DNA from: Verrucomicrobiota bacterium
Lineage (GTDB): Bacteria > Verrucomicrobiota > Verrucomicrobiia > Verrucomicrobiales > Akkermansiaceae
Assembly (NCBI GenBank): GCA_040384605.1
Contig: JAZKIZ010000001.1
Location: forward strand, 1 to 40,000
Direction of reading: 5' to 3'
DNA: 40,000 nucleotides
The position numbers were made by a program, and so were the translations under genes. The notes under the pieces are model-generated. The model was given only the letters and a program-made list of their open reading frames with translations. It was not told the DNA's origin and searched no databases. This document shows, piece by piece, positions 1-8,814 of this stretch. Within the stretch, counting starts at the first letter, position 1, and each line of letters opens with the position of its first letter.

Positions 1-46
1 GAAAATCCTGCGGAAATGTGAAAAAACACTTAAATCCAAGGACTGA

Positions 47-409
47 CCCCGATGCTCGGGCATCGACAACCGCTGGTTTGCCAACGTGGCGCTGCCCGCC
101 GATGGCACCGCGGCGACGATGACAGCCACCTTTGAAAGCGGCAACCTGACCCAACCGCACGCCGTTGCGTGGACCGCCGCCAATGCGTTGTCGGACGACG
201 TTCCCACCATTCGCTCGGGCGACGCCCTGCGCCTCACCGCGTTCCCCGGCACCACGCCGGATGCGGGCACGGTCACTATCACCGGCCCGGGGGTTTCGAT
301 CAATACCACAGCCGATGCGCCGGTGATCCATACCTTCGAACACGCGAATCTCGCACTTGCCGCCAACGGCGCGGTCGCCAGCCAGAGCAGCACGTATCCC
401 GGCGGATAA
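47..409 (+). pseudogene. Upstream coding segment that runs into the RHS ORF in a different frame. Probably the disrupted 5' part of the RHS-family gene, or a truncated separate gene.
   Basis: The frame is open from the stop at 44-46 and translates as ...IDNRWFANVALPADGTAATMTATFESGNL...NLALAANGAVASQSSTYPGG*. It looks protein-like but has no signal peptide or convincing start; the ORF track uses GTG at 86. It overlaps the next frame by about 50 nt, and the RHS frame becomes protein-like right at the stop (DNSVSHISYW). Confidence 0.4.
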
Positions 410-2909
410 CTCCGTCAGCCACATCAGCTATTGGCCAACCGGTAAAGAAAAGGCCACTTGGGGTAGCCAGACCAATCCCGTTGTCAAACTCTATAGCCCG
501 CACGGCGAACTCATCGAGCTTCGCACCTTTCGCAGTTCCAACCTCGCCCTCGCTCCCGACGAAAACACCGCCGGTTACGACGCGACCACCTGGACTTACA
601 ACAACCGCGGCATGCTCACCCAGAAAACCTACGCCGACGACAAAGGCCCGACTTATACCTACACCCCCGGCGGCAAACTGCATACCCGCACCTGGGCCCG
701 CACAGTCGGCGGCAATCCACTCGTCACCACCAACGGCTACAACACCGCCGGAGAACTCGCCTCCACGGATTACTCCGATACCACATCCGACGTCTCCGTG
801 GTCTTCGACAAACTCGGTCGCCAGGTTTCCGTCAGCAACAGCTACGCCACCAGCGGCTTCGCCTACAATCCCGCCACCCTTCGCCAAACCAGCGAGACTA
901 TCAGCTACGACCTCAACCGCGACGGTACGCCGGAACTCACCCGCGTGCTTGATCGATCCCAAGACGTGCTCGGCCGCGATACCGGCTACTCTCTTCACGG
1001 GAGCGCGGGCGTCCCGCCCGCTGTAGAAGCGCAAGCGTCCTACCAATATTCAGCAACCAGCGGAAGACTCGAATCCGTGGGCAATGGTACCCACAACTTC
1101 GCTTATGGCTACGTTCCGAACTCCAACCTCATCTCCACTATCACCGGCCCCGCCCACACCGTCACCAACACCTACGCCGCCGACCGCGATGTTCTCCTTG
1201 CGAAAGAAAACAAAGTTGGCACCACCACGGTCTCGAAGTATCAATACACGGTTAATTCCCTCGGCCAGCGCACCGCCCTTGCCCAAACCGGCAGCGCCTT
1301 CCCTGCCGCCACCGGCTGGAACTGGGATTACGACATCCTCGGCCAGGTCACCACCGCCGAACATTCTTCCTTACCCGCCAACCACCGTGCCTACCAATAC
1401 GACGCCATTGGCAACCGCATCGAAGCCAGGGACGGTGTCACGACCGTAACAGGTACGACTAACTACGCTGCCAATGGTGTGAATCAATACATAGCCGTCA
1501 ACTCCTTGAGTCCGGCTTACGATTTTGATGGAAACGCCACCTCCTACCCGCTGCCCGCTGCCCCGGCCGTCAGCGGCACCTTTGCCTGGGACGCGGAAAA
1601 CCGGAAGATTTCCAACTCCGATGGAAACACGGTCACCATCGCATTTTACGACTCCCAATCTCGCCGCGTTGCCGAGACGAGAGAAGGCACCACCACCCTC
1701 TATGTTTACGATGGCTGGAACTGCATTGCCGAATACACAGGCTCCACCCTTTCCAGAATCCGCACCTGGGGCTTGGATCTACCAGGTCCACTACAGGGCG
1801 CAGGCGGAGTCAACGGCCTCTTGGCGGAAAAGCAAGGTGGCAACAGCTTCTACCCAACGTATGACAGCAACGGGAACGTCAGTGAATACCTTGACTCAAG
1901 TGGCGCAGTGAGTTCCCATTTCGAGTATGACCCGTTCGGCAACACCGTGGTCAACACTGATTCTACCAACCAGTTCGCCTACCGCTTCAGCACGAAACCG
2001 CTGAATTTTGCAACCGGATTCTACTACTATGGTTATCGTGACTACGACCCATTAACCGGCCGATGGCCATCAAGGGATCCGATAGAGGAAGAGGGAGGGG
2101 TGAATGTTTATGGGTTCGTCAACAATGATGGGGTTAATCTGTGGGATTTCTTAGGAATGTGGATTGGCCCCGAAAAGACCGAGAAAGGGGGGAAAGTAAT
2201 TCACCCGGGTCGACAATCCTCTGAAAGCGTTACTGAGGTTTGCGCCGAAGAAGGCGATACTTGGAATAGCTTGGCCGCAAAGGTCGGACTTGAGGGGGCA
2301 GAGGCTAGCGAGTGGGTGACTGGCTATACAGATAGTCCAATCCCAGGAAAAAAGTACAAAGTCCCAAATACCATTGTTGCTCATTGGGCAGGAGACGTCT
2401 TCGCCGTTGGTAAGGCATACGTGGGCTGGGACGGACAAATTCAATACCTCGAAAAATTGGGATTCAAGGTCGACAAACAAGATAGCGCGAAAGGAAAACA
2501 CTTCGCGCTCCAGAACAACCTCAATAGCAAGTCTTCAGCTAAATCACTGCATGGGTTATATTTTTGGGGCCATGGAGGATTAGGGCCAGGCAATGCAGAC
2601 GGCGATCAATATCCTGCGGTCGGGTTGGCGAGCAACAAGAATGGTGGGGTTATTGAAATACTCATTGATCAGCCATGGTTTACGAATGCGGCAGGCACAA
2701 AATATCAAGATTCCGGCCACCCAATCTTGTCCATGAAATACAAAATGGCGGCCGGGTTTGTGTTTGCATGCGACTCTAATTCCCTTAAGTCGGCCTTGGT
2801 TAGCAGCAGCGGGATATGGCACGGCTACAAAGGAACGCTCTACCCAATTTTTAAATTCTACGGACTCAAAGATCACATCAAGCCTGGCGATCAATCTACA
2901 CAAAAATGA
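357..2909 (+). CDS. RHS/YD-repeat family protein with a divergent C-terminal tip (polymorphic-toxin architecture). The true 5' end is uncertain.
   Basis: Many YD-type repeats (TWTYNNRGMLTQKTY, YTYTPGGKLHTRTW, YQYDAIGNRIE, YVYDGWNCIAEY, FEYDPFGN). The canonical core end reads YYYGYRDYDPLTGRWPSRDPIEEEGGVNVYGFVNNDGVNLWDFLGM (motif at 2121-2159) and is followed by about 249 unrelated residues. The TTG at 357 is only the ORF-finder start. Confidence 0.85.
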   Translation: MPPTARSPARAARIPADNSVSHISYWPTGKEKATWGSQTNPVVKLYSPHGELIELRTFRSSNLALAPDENTAGYDATTWTYNNRGMLTQKTYADDKGPTYTYTPGGKLHTRTWARTVGGNPLVTTNGYNTAGELASTDYSDTTSDVSVVFDKLGRQVSVSNSYATSGFAYNPATLRQTSETISYDLNRDGTPELTRVLDRSQDVLGRDTGYSLHGSAGVPPAVEAQASYQYSATSGRLESVGNGTHNFAYGYVPNSNLISTITGPAHTVTNTYAADRDVLLAKENKVGTTTVSKYQYTVNSLGQRTALAQTGSAFPAATGWNWDYDILGQVTTAEHSSLPANHRAYQYDAIGNRIEARDGVTTVTGTTNYAANGVNQYIAVNSLSPAYDFDGNATSYPLPAAPAVSGTFAWDAENRKISNSDGNTVTIAFYDSQSRRVAETREGTTTLYVYDGWNCIAEYTGSTLSRIRTWGLDLPGPLQGAGGVNGLLAEKQGGNSFYPTYDSNGNVSEYLDSSGAVSSHFEYDPFGNTVVNTDSTNQFAYRFSTKPLNFATGFYYYGYRDYDPLTGRWPSRDPIEEEGGVNVYGFVNNDGVNLWDFLGMWIGPEKTEKGGKVIHPGRQSSESVTEVCAEEGDTWNSLAAKVGLEGAEASEWVTGYTDSPIPGKKYKVPNTIVAHWAGDVFAVGKAYVGWDGQIQYLEKLGFKVDKQDSAKGKHFALQNNLNSKSSAKSLHGLYFWGHGGLGPGNADGDQYPAVGLASNKNGGVIEILIDQPWFTNAAGTKYQDSGHPILSMKYKMAAGFVFACDSNSLKSALVSSSGIWHGYKGTLYPIFKFYGLKDHIKPGDQSTQK

Positions 2910-3346
2910 ACATCATGATTAAGTATAAACTAAAAATCGCAAGCCGCCTTACGCTTCTTGCCCTGACCCTCGGAAGCACTTCGTGTGGAACGGTCAAGGT
3001 TTACGAAAGTTATGGAATTCAAGCTCGAATTTCATATAAAGGCAAAGCCATTGCCAGGGAACAAGTTTCCATTTCCACACGTGGAAAAGTTAACGATTTA
3101 ACAACAGATGAGAATGGATTTATGAATCTAGCAGCTAAATCATCATCTAGGGTAACATGGCTTGGTGGGCCAATTGCCGCCAGCCTAGTGGAGCAGCATT
3201 ATGTCGTCAACGTCGAAGGTTATGAGCCAATTTCAATAAACTACCATCGAGTTCTTCCTGAGAAATCGACGATGGTCGATGGCAGACGCATTGAAGAAGA
3301 AGGAGGAATTATCAAAGTGGGAGAAATAAGATTAGCAAGAAAATAG
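2906..3346 (+). CDS. Small lipoprotein with a beta-sandwich (CarboxypepD_reg/transthyretin-like) pattern. Candidate cognate immunity protein.
   Basis: Its ATG overlaps the RHS stop (ATGA at 2906-2909). Signal peptide plus lipobox: MNIMIKYKLKIASRLTLLALTLGSTSC. The pattern KGKAIAREQVSIS...TTDENGFMNL...VVNVEGYEP is present. The gene shares the low GC of the RHS tip. Confidence 0.6.
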   Translation: MNIMIKYKLKIASRLTLLALTLGSTSCGTVKVYESYGIQARISYKGKAIAREQVSISTRGKVNDLTTDENGFMNLAAKSSSRVTWLGGPIAASLVEQHYVVNVEGYEPISINYHRVLPEKSTMVDGRRIEEEGGIIKVGEIRLARK

Positions 3347-3700
3347 ACTCATAACTAAGCGCAAGGTCCCTACATTAGGGAACCCCCACTAACAGTCTTC
3401 TAACAGATCTGTACTCTGTAGAATGAACGTACAAGCCAAACCAATAGCGATGGCCATGCCAACCTATTTGGAAAAACGAAATCCAGATTGCTGCTCGGCT
3501 ACGAACCTCCTTGTCCCCGTTCAGGATCGGACGACTTCCGGCGTGGTTACTCTCACTTTCACCACTTTGCGCCGGATTTCGCCTTTTCCCGTTCGCGGCT
3601 TTTCTCGGAGGAAGATCGCCTATTCTTACTCAACACCCAAACGGCTTGCCCTCCGCCGACCGCTTGTCCCCGTAAAACCAATTTGCTAAAAGAATCAGGT

Positions 3701-4259
3701 ATGAATGCGAGGTTCCGAACGATGTGCCATGACGGTAAACGTTTCCGTTCACTCCGCGCAACGCCGGATTCCAATGGTTGCAGCATTCCGAATACACCAC
3801 TTCGCAGTTGTCGGCGCCGAATTCGGCTGGCATCCGCACGGTCTCGTCAGGCGTGGAACCAATCGCCATTACGATTTACAAAAATCCCGATGGCACACCA
3901 ATGGGCAGAATGGATGTGGTCTATCGCCAACGTCATGCCCAAGGCAGTGGCATCGTTACCCGGACCGTCCGGGTGGAAGCCTGCGTGGCGCTGCGAATTG
4001 GAACCGCAAATTTTACCTTGGCGATCCGGTCGAAGATCCTTCTTTGCAGCCGTACCGGGAAGTTTCGGTGACCCGCACGGAAAATCCGGATGGCCGAGAA
4101 ACGGATCACGAAGTCACCCGCGAACGTTTCGGCAGCGGCGCGGGCGATTGGGTGGTCAGCGATGAAACCAAGGTGACGCGGCGTGACCACGTGGCGACGG
4201 AGAGTTTTCATGAAAAATCGTTGATTCTGTTGGCTGAGTTGATCAGGTTCCACTCTAGT
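3701..4259 (+). pseudogene. Frameshifted or degenerate coding remnant(s) with a beta-hairpin repeat flavour.
   Basis: Protein-like translation jumps between frames. Frame of 3778: VEPIAITIYKNPDGTPMGRMDVVYRQRHAQGSGIVTRTVRVEA (about 3853-3981). Frame of 3705: KFYLGDPVEDPSLQPYREVSVTRTENPDGRETDHEVTRERFGSGAGDWVVSDETKV (about 4008-4225). No single intact ORF with a plausible start covers both. Confidence 0.3.
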
Positions 4260-5075
4260 ATGACAATTTGGAGACGTTTCCATAGTCGGTTGGCGATCGC
4301 CGTTATTTGCTTCGTCACGCCATTGGCCGAGGGTGCATTCACGATTTCCTACAACTATGACCCGTCAGTCTCTCAGGACAACAGGGTGGTGTTTGATCAA
4401 GCGAAAGCGTTTTGGGAGGGAATCATTGTCGGGCGGTTGAATGGAAGCGACCATACTCTTGCGATTGATGTATCAACTTTCAGTGAGGCGGCGTCGGGAG
4501 GCTCGGTCACGCTAGGCAGTGCTGGTCCCACGACTGCGCAATCGTTCTCGTTTTCGGCGGATTCTTACACGGTTGCAACAGCGGGACAGGCGGAATTCAA
4601 CACTCATCCAGACGCCATCGGCTCAAATCCAACGTTTGATGCGAATGTCATTCGGCACGAAATCGGTCACGTGCTTGGAATCGGGACGTTGTGGGGATTT
4701 AGTCAGAACTCCGATGTTTATACCGATGGTAGCGGTCAATTCACGGGGGCGAACGCGGTGGCTGCCTTTAATCTGGAATATGGCCAAAGCCTGACCCACG
4801 TGCCCGTGGAATTGGATGGTGGAGCGGGAACCGCCAACGGACATTGGAATGAAACCGGCCCGGCGGCACCGGTCGTGGCCAGTGGTCCCAATGCCGGGAA
4901 ATCGTTCGATGACGAACTCATGACGGGAAACCTGAGCGGCGATGCTTATCTTAGCAATACCACGGTCGCATCTCTCAGGGACATCGGCTACGAGGTGATT
5001 CCCGAGCCATCGGCCGCAATTCTCGCCGCCGCGGCGGGAGTAATTCTCACCTGCCGCCGACGGCGGAAAGCTTAA
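4260..5075 (+). CDS. Secreted zinc metallopeptidase, leishmanolysin-like (M8-type) pattern, with a PEP-CTERM sorting signal.
   Basis: Signal peptide [26 protein letters not shown]. HExxH site [13 protein letters not shown], with a downstream [10 protein letters not shown]-terminus [25 protein letters not shown] gives PEP, a TM helix and a basic tail. The upstream 185 codons of ORF 3705..5075 are not counted as part of this gene. Confidence 0.7.
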   Translation: MTIWRRFHSRLAIAVICFVTPLAEGAFTISYNYDPSVSQDNRVVFDQAKAFWEGIIVGRLNGSDHTLAIDVSTFSEAASGGSVTLGSAGPTTAQSFSFSADSYTVATAGQAEFNTHPDAIGSNPTFDANVIRHEIGHVLGIGTLWGFSQNSDVYTDGSGQFTGANAVAAFNLEYGQSLTHVPVELDGGAGTANGHWNETGPAAPVVASGPNAGKSFDDELMTGNLSGDAYLSNTTVASLRDIGYEVIPEPSAAILAAAAGVILTCRRRRKA

Positions 5076-6265
5076 AGCAGATGGCGTGATGCCTGCTCGA
5101 CATCCTTGTCGCCGCGGCCGGAGAGGTTGGCGATGATGATGGTTTCCTTCGGAAGATTTCCGGCGACTTTGGAGACGTAGGCCATGGCGTGCGAGCTTTC
5201 CAAAGCAGGAATGATGCCTTCGAAAGTCGCGAGTTCCTTGAATGCGGCGAGGGCTTCGTCGTCGGTGGCATAGGTATATTCCACGCGACCGATGTTCTGC
5301 AGATAGGCGTGTTCGGGACCGACGGCGGCGTAGTCGAGGCCGGCGGAAACCGAGTGGGTGAGCTCGATCTGTCCGTCGTCGTTGGCGAGCAACCAGGTTT
5401 TGGTGCCTTGGAGGACACCGAGTTTTCCGCCTTGGAATCGGGCGGCGTGGCGTTCCGGGATGATGCCTTCGCCGCCGGCCTCGACGCCGACCATGCGGAC
5501 GTTGGCGTCATCGAGGAACGGATGGAACAAGCCGATGGCGTTTGATCCGCCGCCGACACAGGCGACGAGCATATCAGGCAGGCGGCCTTCTTTTTCCAAA
5601 ATCTGGCGGCGGGCTTCGATGCCGATCACGCGGTGGAAATCCCGCACGATCATCGGGAACGGATGTGCACCCAGCGCGGAGCCGAGAATGTAATGGGTGT
5701 GATCCACGCTGGCCACCCAGTCGCGCATCGCTTCGTTCACCGCTTCCTTGAGCGTGGCTTGGCCGGCGGTGACGGCGCGGACCTCGGCACCCATCAGGCG
5801 CATGCGCGAAACATTGAGAGCCTGGCGCTCCATGTCCACCGCGCCCATGTAAACGACGCACTCCATTCCGAAACGCGCGCAGACTGTAGCCGTGGCGACA
5901 CCGTGTTGGCCGGCACCGGTTTCCGCGATGATGCGTTTTTTGCCGAGGCGTTTTGCCAGCAAAATCTGGCCGATGGCGTTGTTGATTTTGTGTGCACCGG
6001 TATGCAGCAAATCCTCGCGTTTCAGGTAAATTTTCGCGCCGCCCAGCGCTTCGGTCCAGCGCTCCGCGAAATAAAGCGGTGTCGGCCGGCCGACGTAATT
6101 GTGCAGCAAACCGTCGAGTTCCGCTTGGAACGACGGATCGTTGCGCGCTGCTTCATAGGCAGCCGCAAGCTCCTGCAGTGGGGCCATCAGAGTCTCGGGA
6201 ACGAACATGCCGCCGAATTGGCCGAAGTGGCCGGTGGCGTCGGGAAGCGAAGTGGCGGAACTCAT
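5072..6265 (-). CDS. trpB: Tryptophan synthase beta chain.
   Basis: [15 protein letters not shown], the PLP-lysine region HTGAHKINN and GGGSNAIG are present, with full-length colinearity to the TrpB1 type. Start chosen at MSSATSLPD (cat at 6263-6265). Confidence 0.93.
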   Translation of the reverse strand: MSSATSLPDATGHFGQFGGMFVPETLMAPLQELAAAYEAARNDPSFQAELDGLLHNYVGRPTPLYFAERWTEALGGAKIYLKREDLLHTGAHKINNAIGQILLAKRLGKKRIIAETGAGQHGVATATVCARFGMECVVYMGAVDMERQALNVSRMRLMGAEVRAVTAGQATLKEAVNEAMRDWVASVDHTHYILGSALGAHPFPMIVRDFHRVIGIEARRQILEKEGRLPDMLVACVGGGSNAIGLFHPFLDDANVRMVGVEAGGEGIIPERHAARFQGGKLGVLQGTKTWLLANDDGQIELTHSVSAGLDYAAVGPEHAYLQNIGRVEYTYATDDEALAAFKELATFEGIIPALESSHAMAYVSKVAGNLPKETIIIANLSGRGDKDVEQASRHLL

Positions 6266-6529
6266 GGTGCGGGGCCGCGAACCATCACGCCGAGCTTTCC
6301 GGGAATCAAGGCCGAAGGCGCGGCGCGGAGGAGAGGTCATTCTTCCTCTCCGAGGTCATCACTATCATTCTCATCATTCCTATTTTTCTTCGGAGCAGGA
6401 TTTATAGGAAGAATGGTTATTATTAGACTGGAACTGATCTCCAGCGTCCGAATTGTTGTTGCAAGGCAGTCTCAACTGGGAAAATCTTCGCGGATGTTTG
6501 GAGCGAACGACCGCTGCGCTTCCGTCGGC

Positions 6530-6739
6530 ATGACATTGAATCAGGCCGCGGTGGGGTGTGACGTGCGGATCAGCAATCTGAGCGGCCCGGGGTGTGCGCG
6601 ATTGCGCGATCTTGGGTTCTGCGAGCAGTTGAAAATCCGCAAGTTGTCAGGCGGTCGCACGTTGGTTTGCTCGCTGTGCGGCACCCGTTTGGCGATCAGC
6701 CGGGAGCTGGCGGAACAAGTTTGGGTGGCACCGGTTTGA
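6530..6739 (+). CDS. feoA: FeoA-family small protein (SH3-like).
   Basis: This is the C-terminal part of ORF 5633..6739: MTLNQAAVGCDVRISNLSGPGCARLRDLGFCEQLKIRKLSGGRTLVCSLCGTRLAISRELAEQVWVAPV. It lies directly upstream of feoB. An alternative start is ATG 6494. Confidence 0.7.
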   Translation: MTLNQAAVGCDVRISNLSGPGCARLRDLGFCEQLKIRKLSGGRTLVCSLCGTRLAISRELAEQVWVAPV

Positions 6740-6747
6740 GCAAGAAC

Positions 6748-8637
6748 ATGAGTGGGGAGGAAACGATGATCATTGCCCTCGTTGGCAATCCGAATGCGGG
6801 CAAAACCACGTTGTTCAATGCGTTGACCGGCGGGAATGCACGGGTCGGCAATTACTCGGGCGTGACGGTGGAACTGAAGTCGGGGGAATTTTTTTCATCG
6901 CACGGCAATCGGATGCGGGTGGTGGATCTGCCGGGTTGTTATTCATTCAAGGCGGTTTCCGCGGATGAACAGGTGGCGGTCGATGTGTTGAGCGGTGCGT
7001 CGGGAAAAATCGCGCGGCCCGATCTGGTGGTGTGCGTAGTGGACGCCTCGAACTTGGAGCGGCATCTGGTTCTCGCGCTGGATGTCATCGCGCTCGGGCT
7101 GCCGGCGGTGATCGCGCTCAACATGGTGGACGTGGCGGAAAAATCCGGGCTGCGGCTTGATCCGGCAAAACTTTCCGAAGAGCTCGGCGTGCCGGTGGTG
7201 CCGATGCAGGCAAACGCAAAGAAAGGTTTGGTCGAGCTGAAACAAGCGATTCGTCCGCCGTTTCCCGCGCCTGCAAAACCGGCGTGGGATACCGGGAACG
7301 GTGAAGCGGCGGAAAACCAGCGACGGAAATTCGTGCGTGATCTCTGCGACCTCGCCGCGCGGCGTCCGACGGAACATCAGATGACCGTGTCCGACAGGAT
7401 CGACGCCTGGCTGCTGCATCCGGTTTTTGGCTGGGTGGTTTTTGCCGGGGTGATGCTGGGGGTGTTCTGGACGATTTTTTCGTTCTCGGCGATTCCGATG
7501 GATTTCATCGAGGGCGCGCTCGGATCATTCGGCGAGTGGGTGGGCGCGAACATGGCGGAGGGCGATTTGAATTCGCTGGTCGTCGATGGCGTGATTGGTG
7601 GCTTGGCAGGCACGTTGGTTTTCCTGCCGCAGATCGTGCTGCTGTTTTTGTTCATTGGGTTGTTGGAAAGTTCGGGCTACATGGCGCGCGCCGCGTATTT
7701 GATGGATGGGGTCATGTCGTTTGCCGGTTTGAGCGGCAAAGCGTTTTTGCCGTTGTTCAGTGCCCATGCCTGCGCGATTCCAGGGGTGATGGCGGCGCGC
7801 ACGATTGATTCCCCGAAAGAGCGCCTGGTGACGATTTTCGTCGCGCCGTGGATGAGTTGTTCCGCGCGCCTGCCGGTGTATTTCCTGTTGATCCCGCTGC
7901 TGCTTTCCGCACAGGCACCGGCTTGGAAACAGGCATTGATCCTCGCTGGTGTGTACTCATTGGGCATCATCACTTCGTTTATTGTCGCCCGCATTCTGCG
8001 GGGAAGGATTGATCCCGGCAAAAAACCGAATCATTTCCTGCTCGAGTTGCCGCCCTACCGTGCGCCGCAGTGGGGTTACATCCTGCGTCATGTGGGCGGC
8101 CGCGCATGGGCGTTTGTGAGTCGTGCCGGCACGATCATTCTCGGTCTGTCGATTTTGCTGTGGGCGCTGAGCACGTATCCGAAAAGCGCGAGCGAAGATT
8201 CCGCGGAACAGCTTGCACACAGTGCGATGGGTCGCATCGGCAATGTGATTGAGCCGGTCGTGAAACCCCTGGGATTCGATGGACGGATCGGTACGGCCAT
8301 TCTCACGTCGTTTGCGGCGCGGGAGGTTTTCAATACGACGATGGCGGTGATTTTCCACGTCGAGGAATCCGATGACGAGGATGCAGCGACTCGAAGTTTG
8401 CGCGAAAAAATCGCCGCGGCGACCTGGCCGGACGGACGGCCGTTGTTCACGCCGCTGGTGGTGATTTCGCTGCTGGTGTTTTACGTATACGCGCTGCAAT
8501 GCCTGCCGACCTCGGCGGTGGTGGCGCGGGAAATCGGTTCATGGAAATGGGCGGTGGGGCAGTTCTTTTTCATGAGCGGCTTCGCGTATGTGGTGGCGCT
8601 GCTGGTTTATCAGATCGGGAGATTGTTCATGCGATGA
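6748..8637 (+). CDS. feoB: Ferrous iron transporter FeoB (G-domain plus membrane permease).
   Basis: IALVGNPNAGKTTLFNALTG (G1 motif), DLPG (G3 motif) and a long polytopic C-terminal domain. An alternative start at ATG 6766 is preceded by GGAGG. Confidence 0.92.
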   Translation: MSGEETMIIALVGNPNAGKTTLFNALTGGNARVGNYSGVTVELKSGEFFSSHGNRMRVVDLPGCYSFKAVSADEQVAVDVLSGASGKIARPDLVVCVVDASNLERHLVLALDVIALGLPAVIALNMVDVAEKSGLRLDPAKLSEELGVPVVPMQANAKKGLVELKQAIRPPFPAPAKPAWDTGNGEAAENQRRKFVRDLCDLAARRPTEHQMTVSDRIDAWLLHPVFGWVVFAGVMLGVFWTIFSFSAIPMDFIEGALGSFGEWVGANMAEGDLNSLVVDGVIGGLAGTLVFLPQIVLLFLFIGLLESSGYMARAAYLMDGVMSFAGLSGKAFLPLFSAHACAIPGVMAARTIDSPKERLVTIFVAPWMSCSARLPVYFLLIPLLLSAQAPAWKQALILAGVYSLGIITSFIVARILRGRIDPGKKPNHFLLELPPYRAPQWGYILRHVGGRAWAFVSRAGTIILGLSILLWALSTYPKSASEDSAEQLAHSAMGRIGNVIEPVVKPLGFDGRIGTAILTSFAAREVFNTTMAVIFHVEESDDEDAATRSLREKIAAATWPDGRPLFTPLVVISLLVFYVYALQCLPTSAVVAREIGSWKWAVGQFFFMSGFAYVVALLVYQIGRLFMR

Positions 8638-8795
8638 GTGATTGGCAGACACCTGCGGCAATGGTGGTCGTCCTCATCACGGCGGCATGGCTGATGATGC
8701 GTTTTTTCAAGAAACGCCGGAACCAGGGAAACTGTGGGAAATCGTGTGGATGTGGTGCGGAGAAAAAAGTGAGAATCGGTGAAAAAATCAAGTGA
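8634..8795 (+). CDS. FeoB-associated Cys-rich membrane mini-protein.
   Basis: ATGA overlap with the feoB stop. One TM helix (AAMVVVLITAAWLMM) followed by CGKSCGCG, the pattern of the FeoB-associated Cys-rich family. Confidence 0.6.
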   Translation: MSDWQTPAAMVVVLITAAWLMMRFFKKRRNQGNCGKSCGCGAEKKVRIGEKIK

Positions 8796-8814
8796 GTCGT
8801 AGCGTTATGGCATC

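Noticed and set aside
3705-4259. Treating ORF 3705..5075 as one 456-aa protease precursor.
   Set aside because: A canonical signal peptide begins at the internal Met (4260). The upstream part changes quality between frames, so it is reported separately as probable debris.
5633-6529. N-terminal 299 codons of ORF 5633..6739.
   Set aside because: This part is antisense to trpB plus intergenic sequence. Only the last ~70-82 codons (FeoA) look like a real protein.
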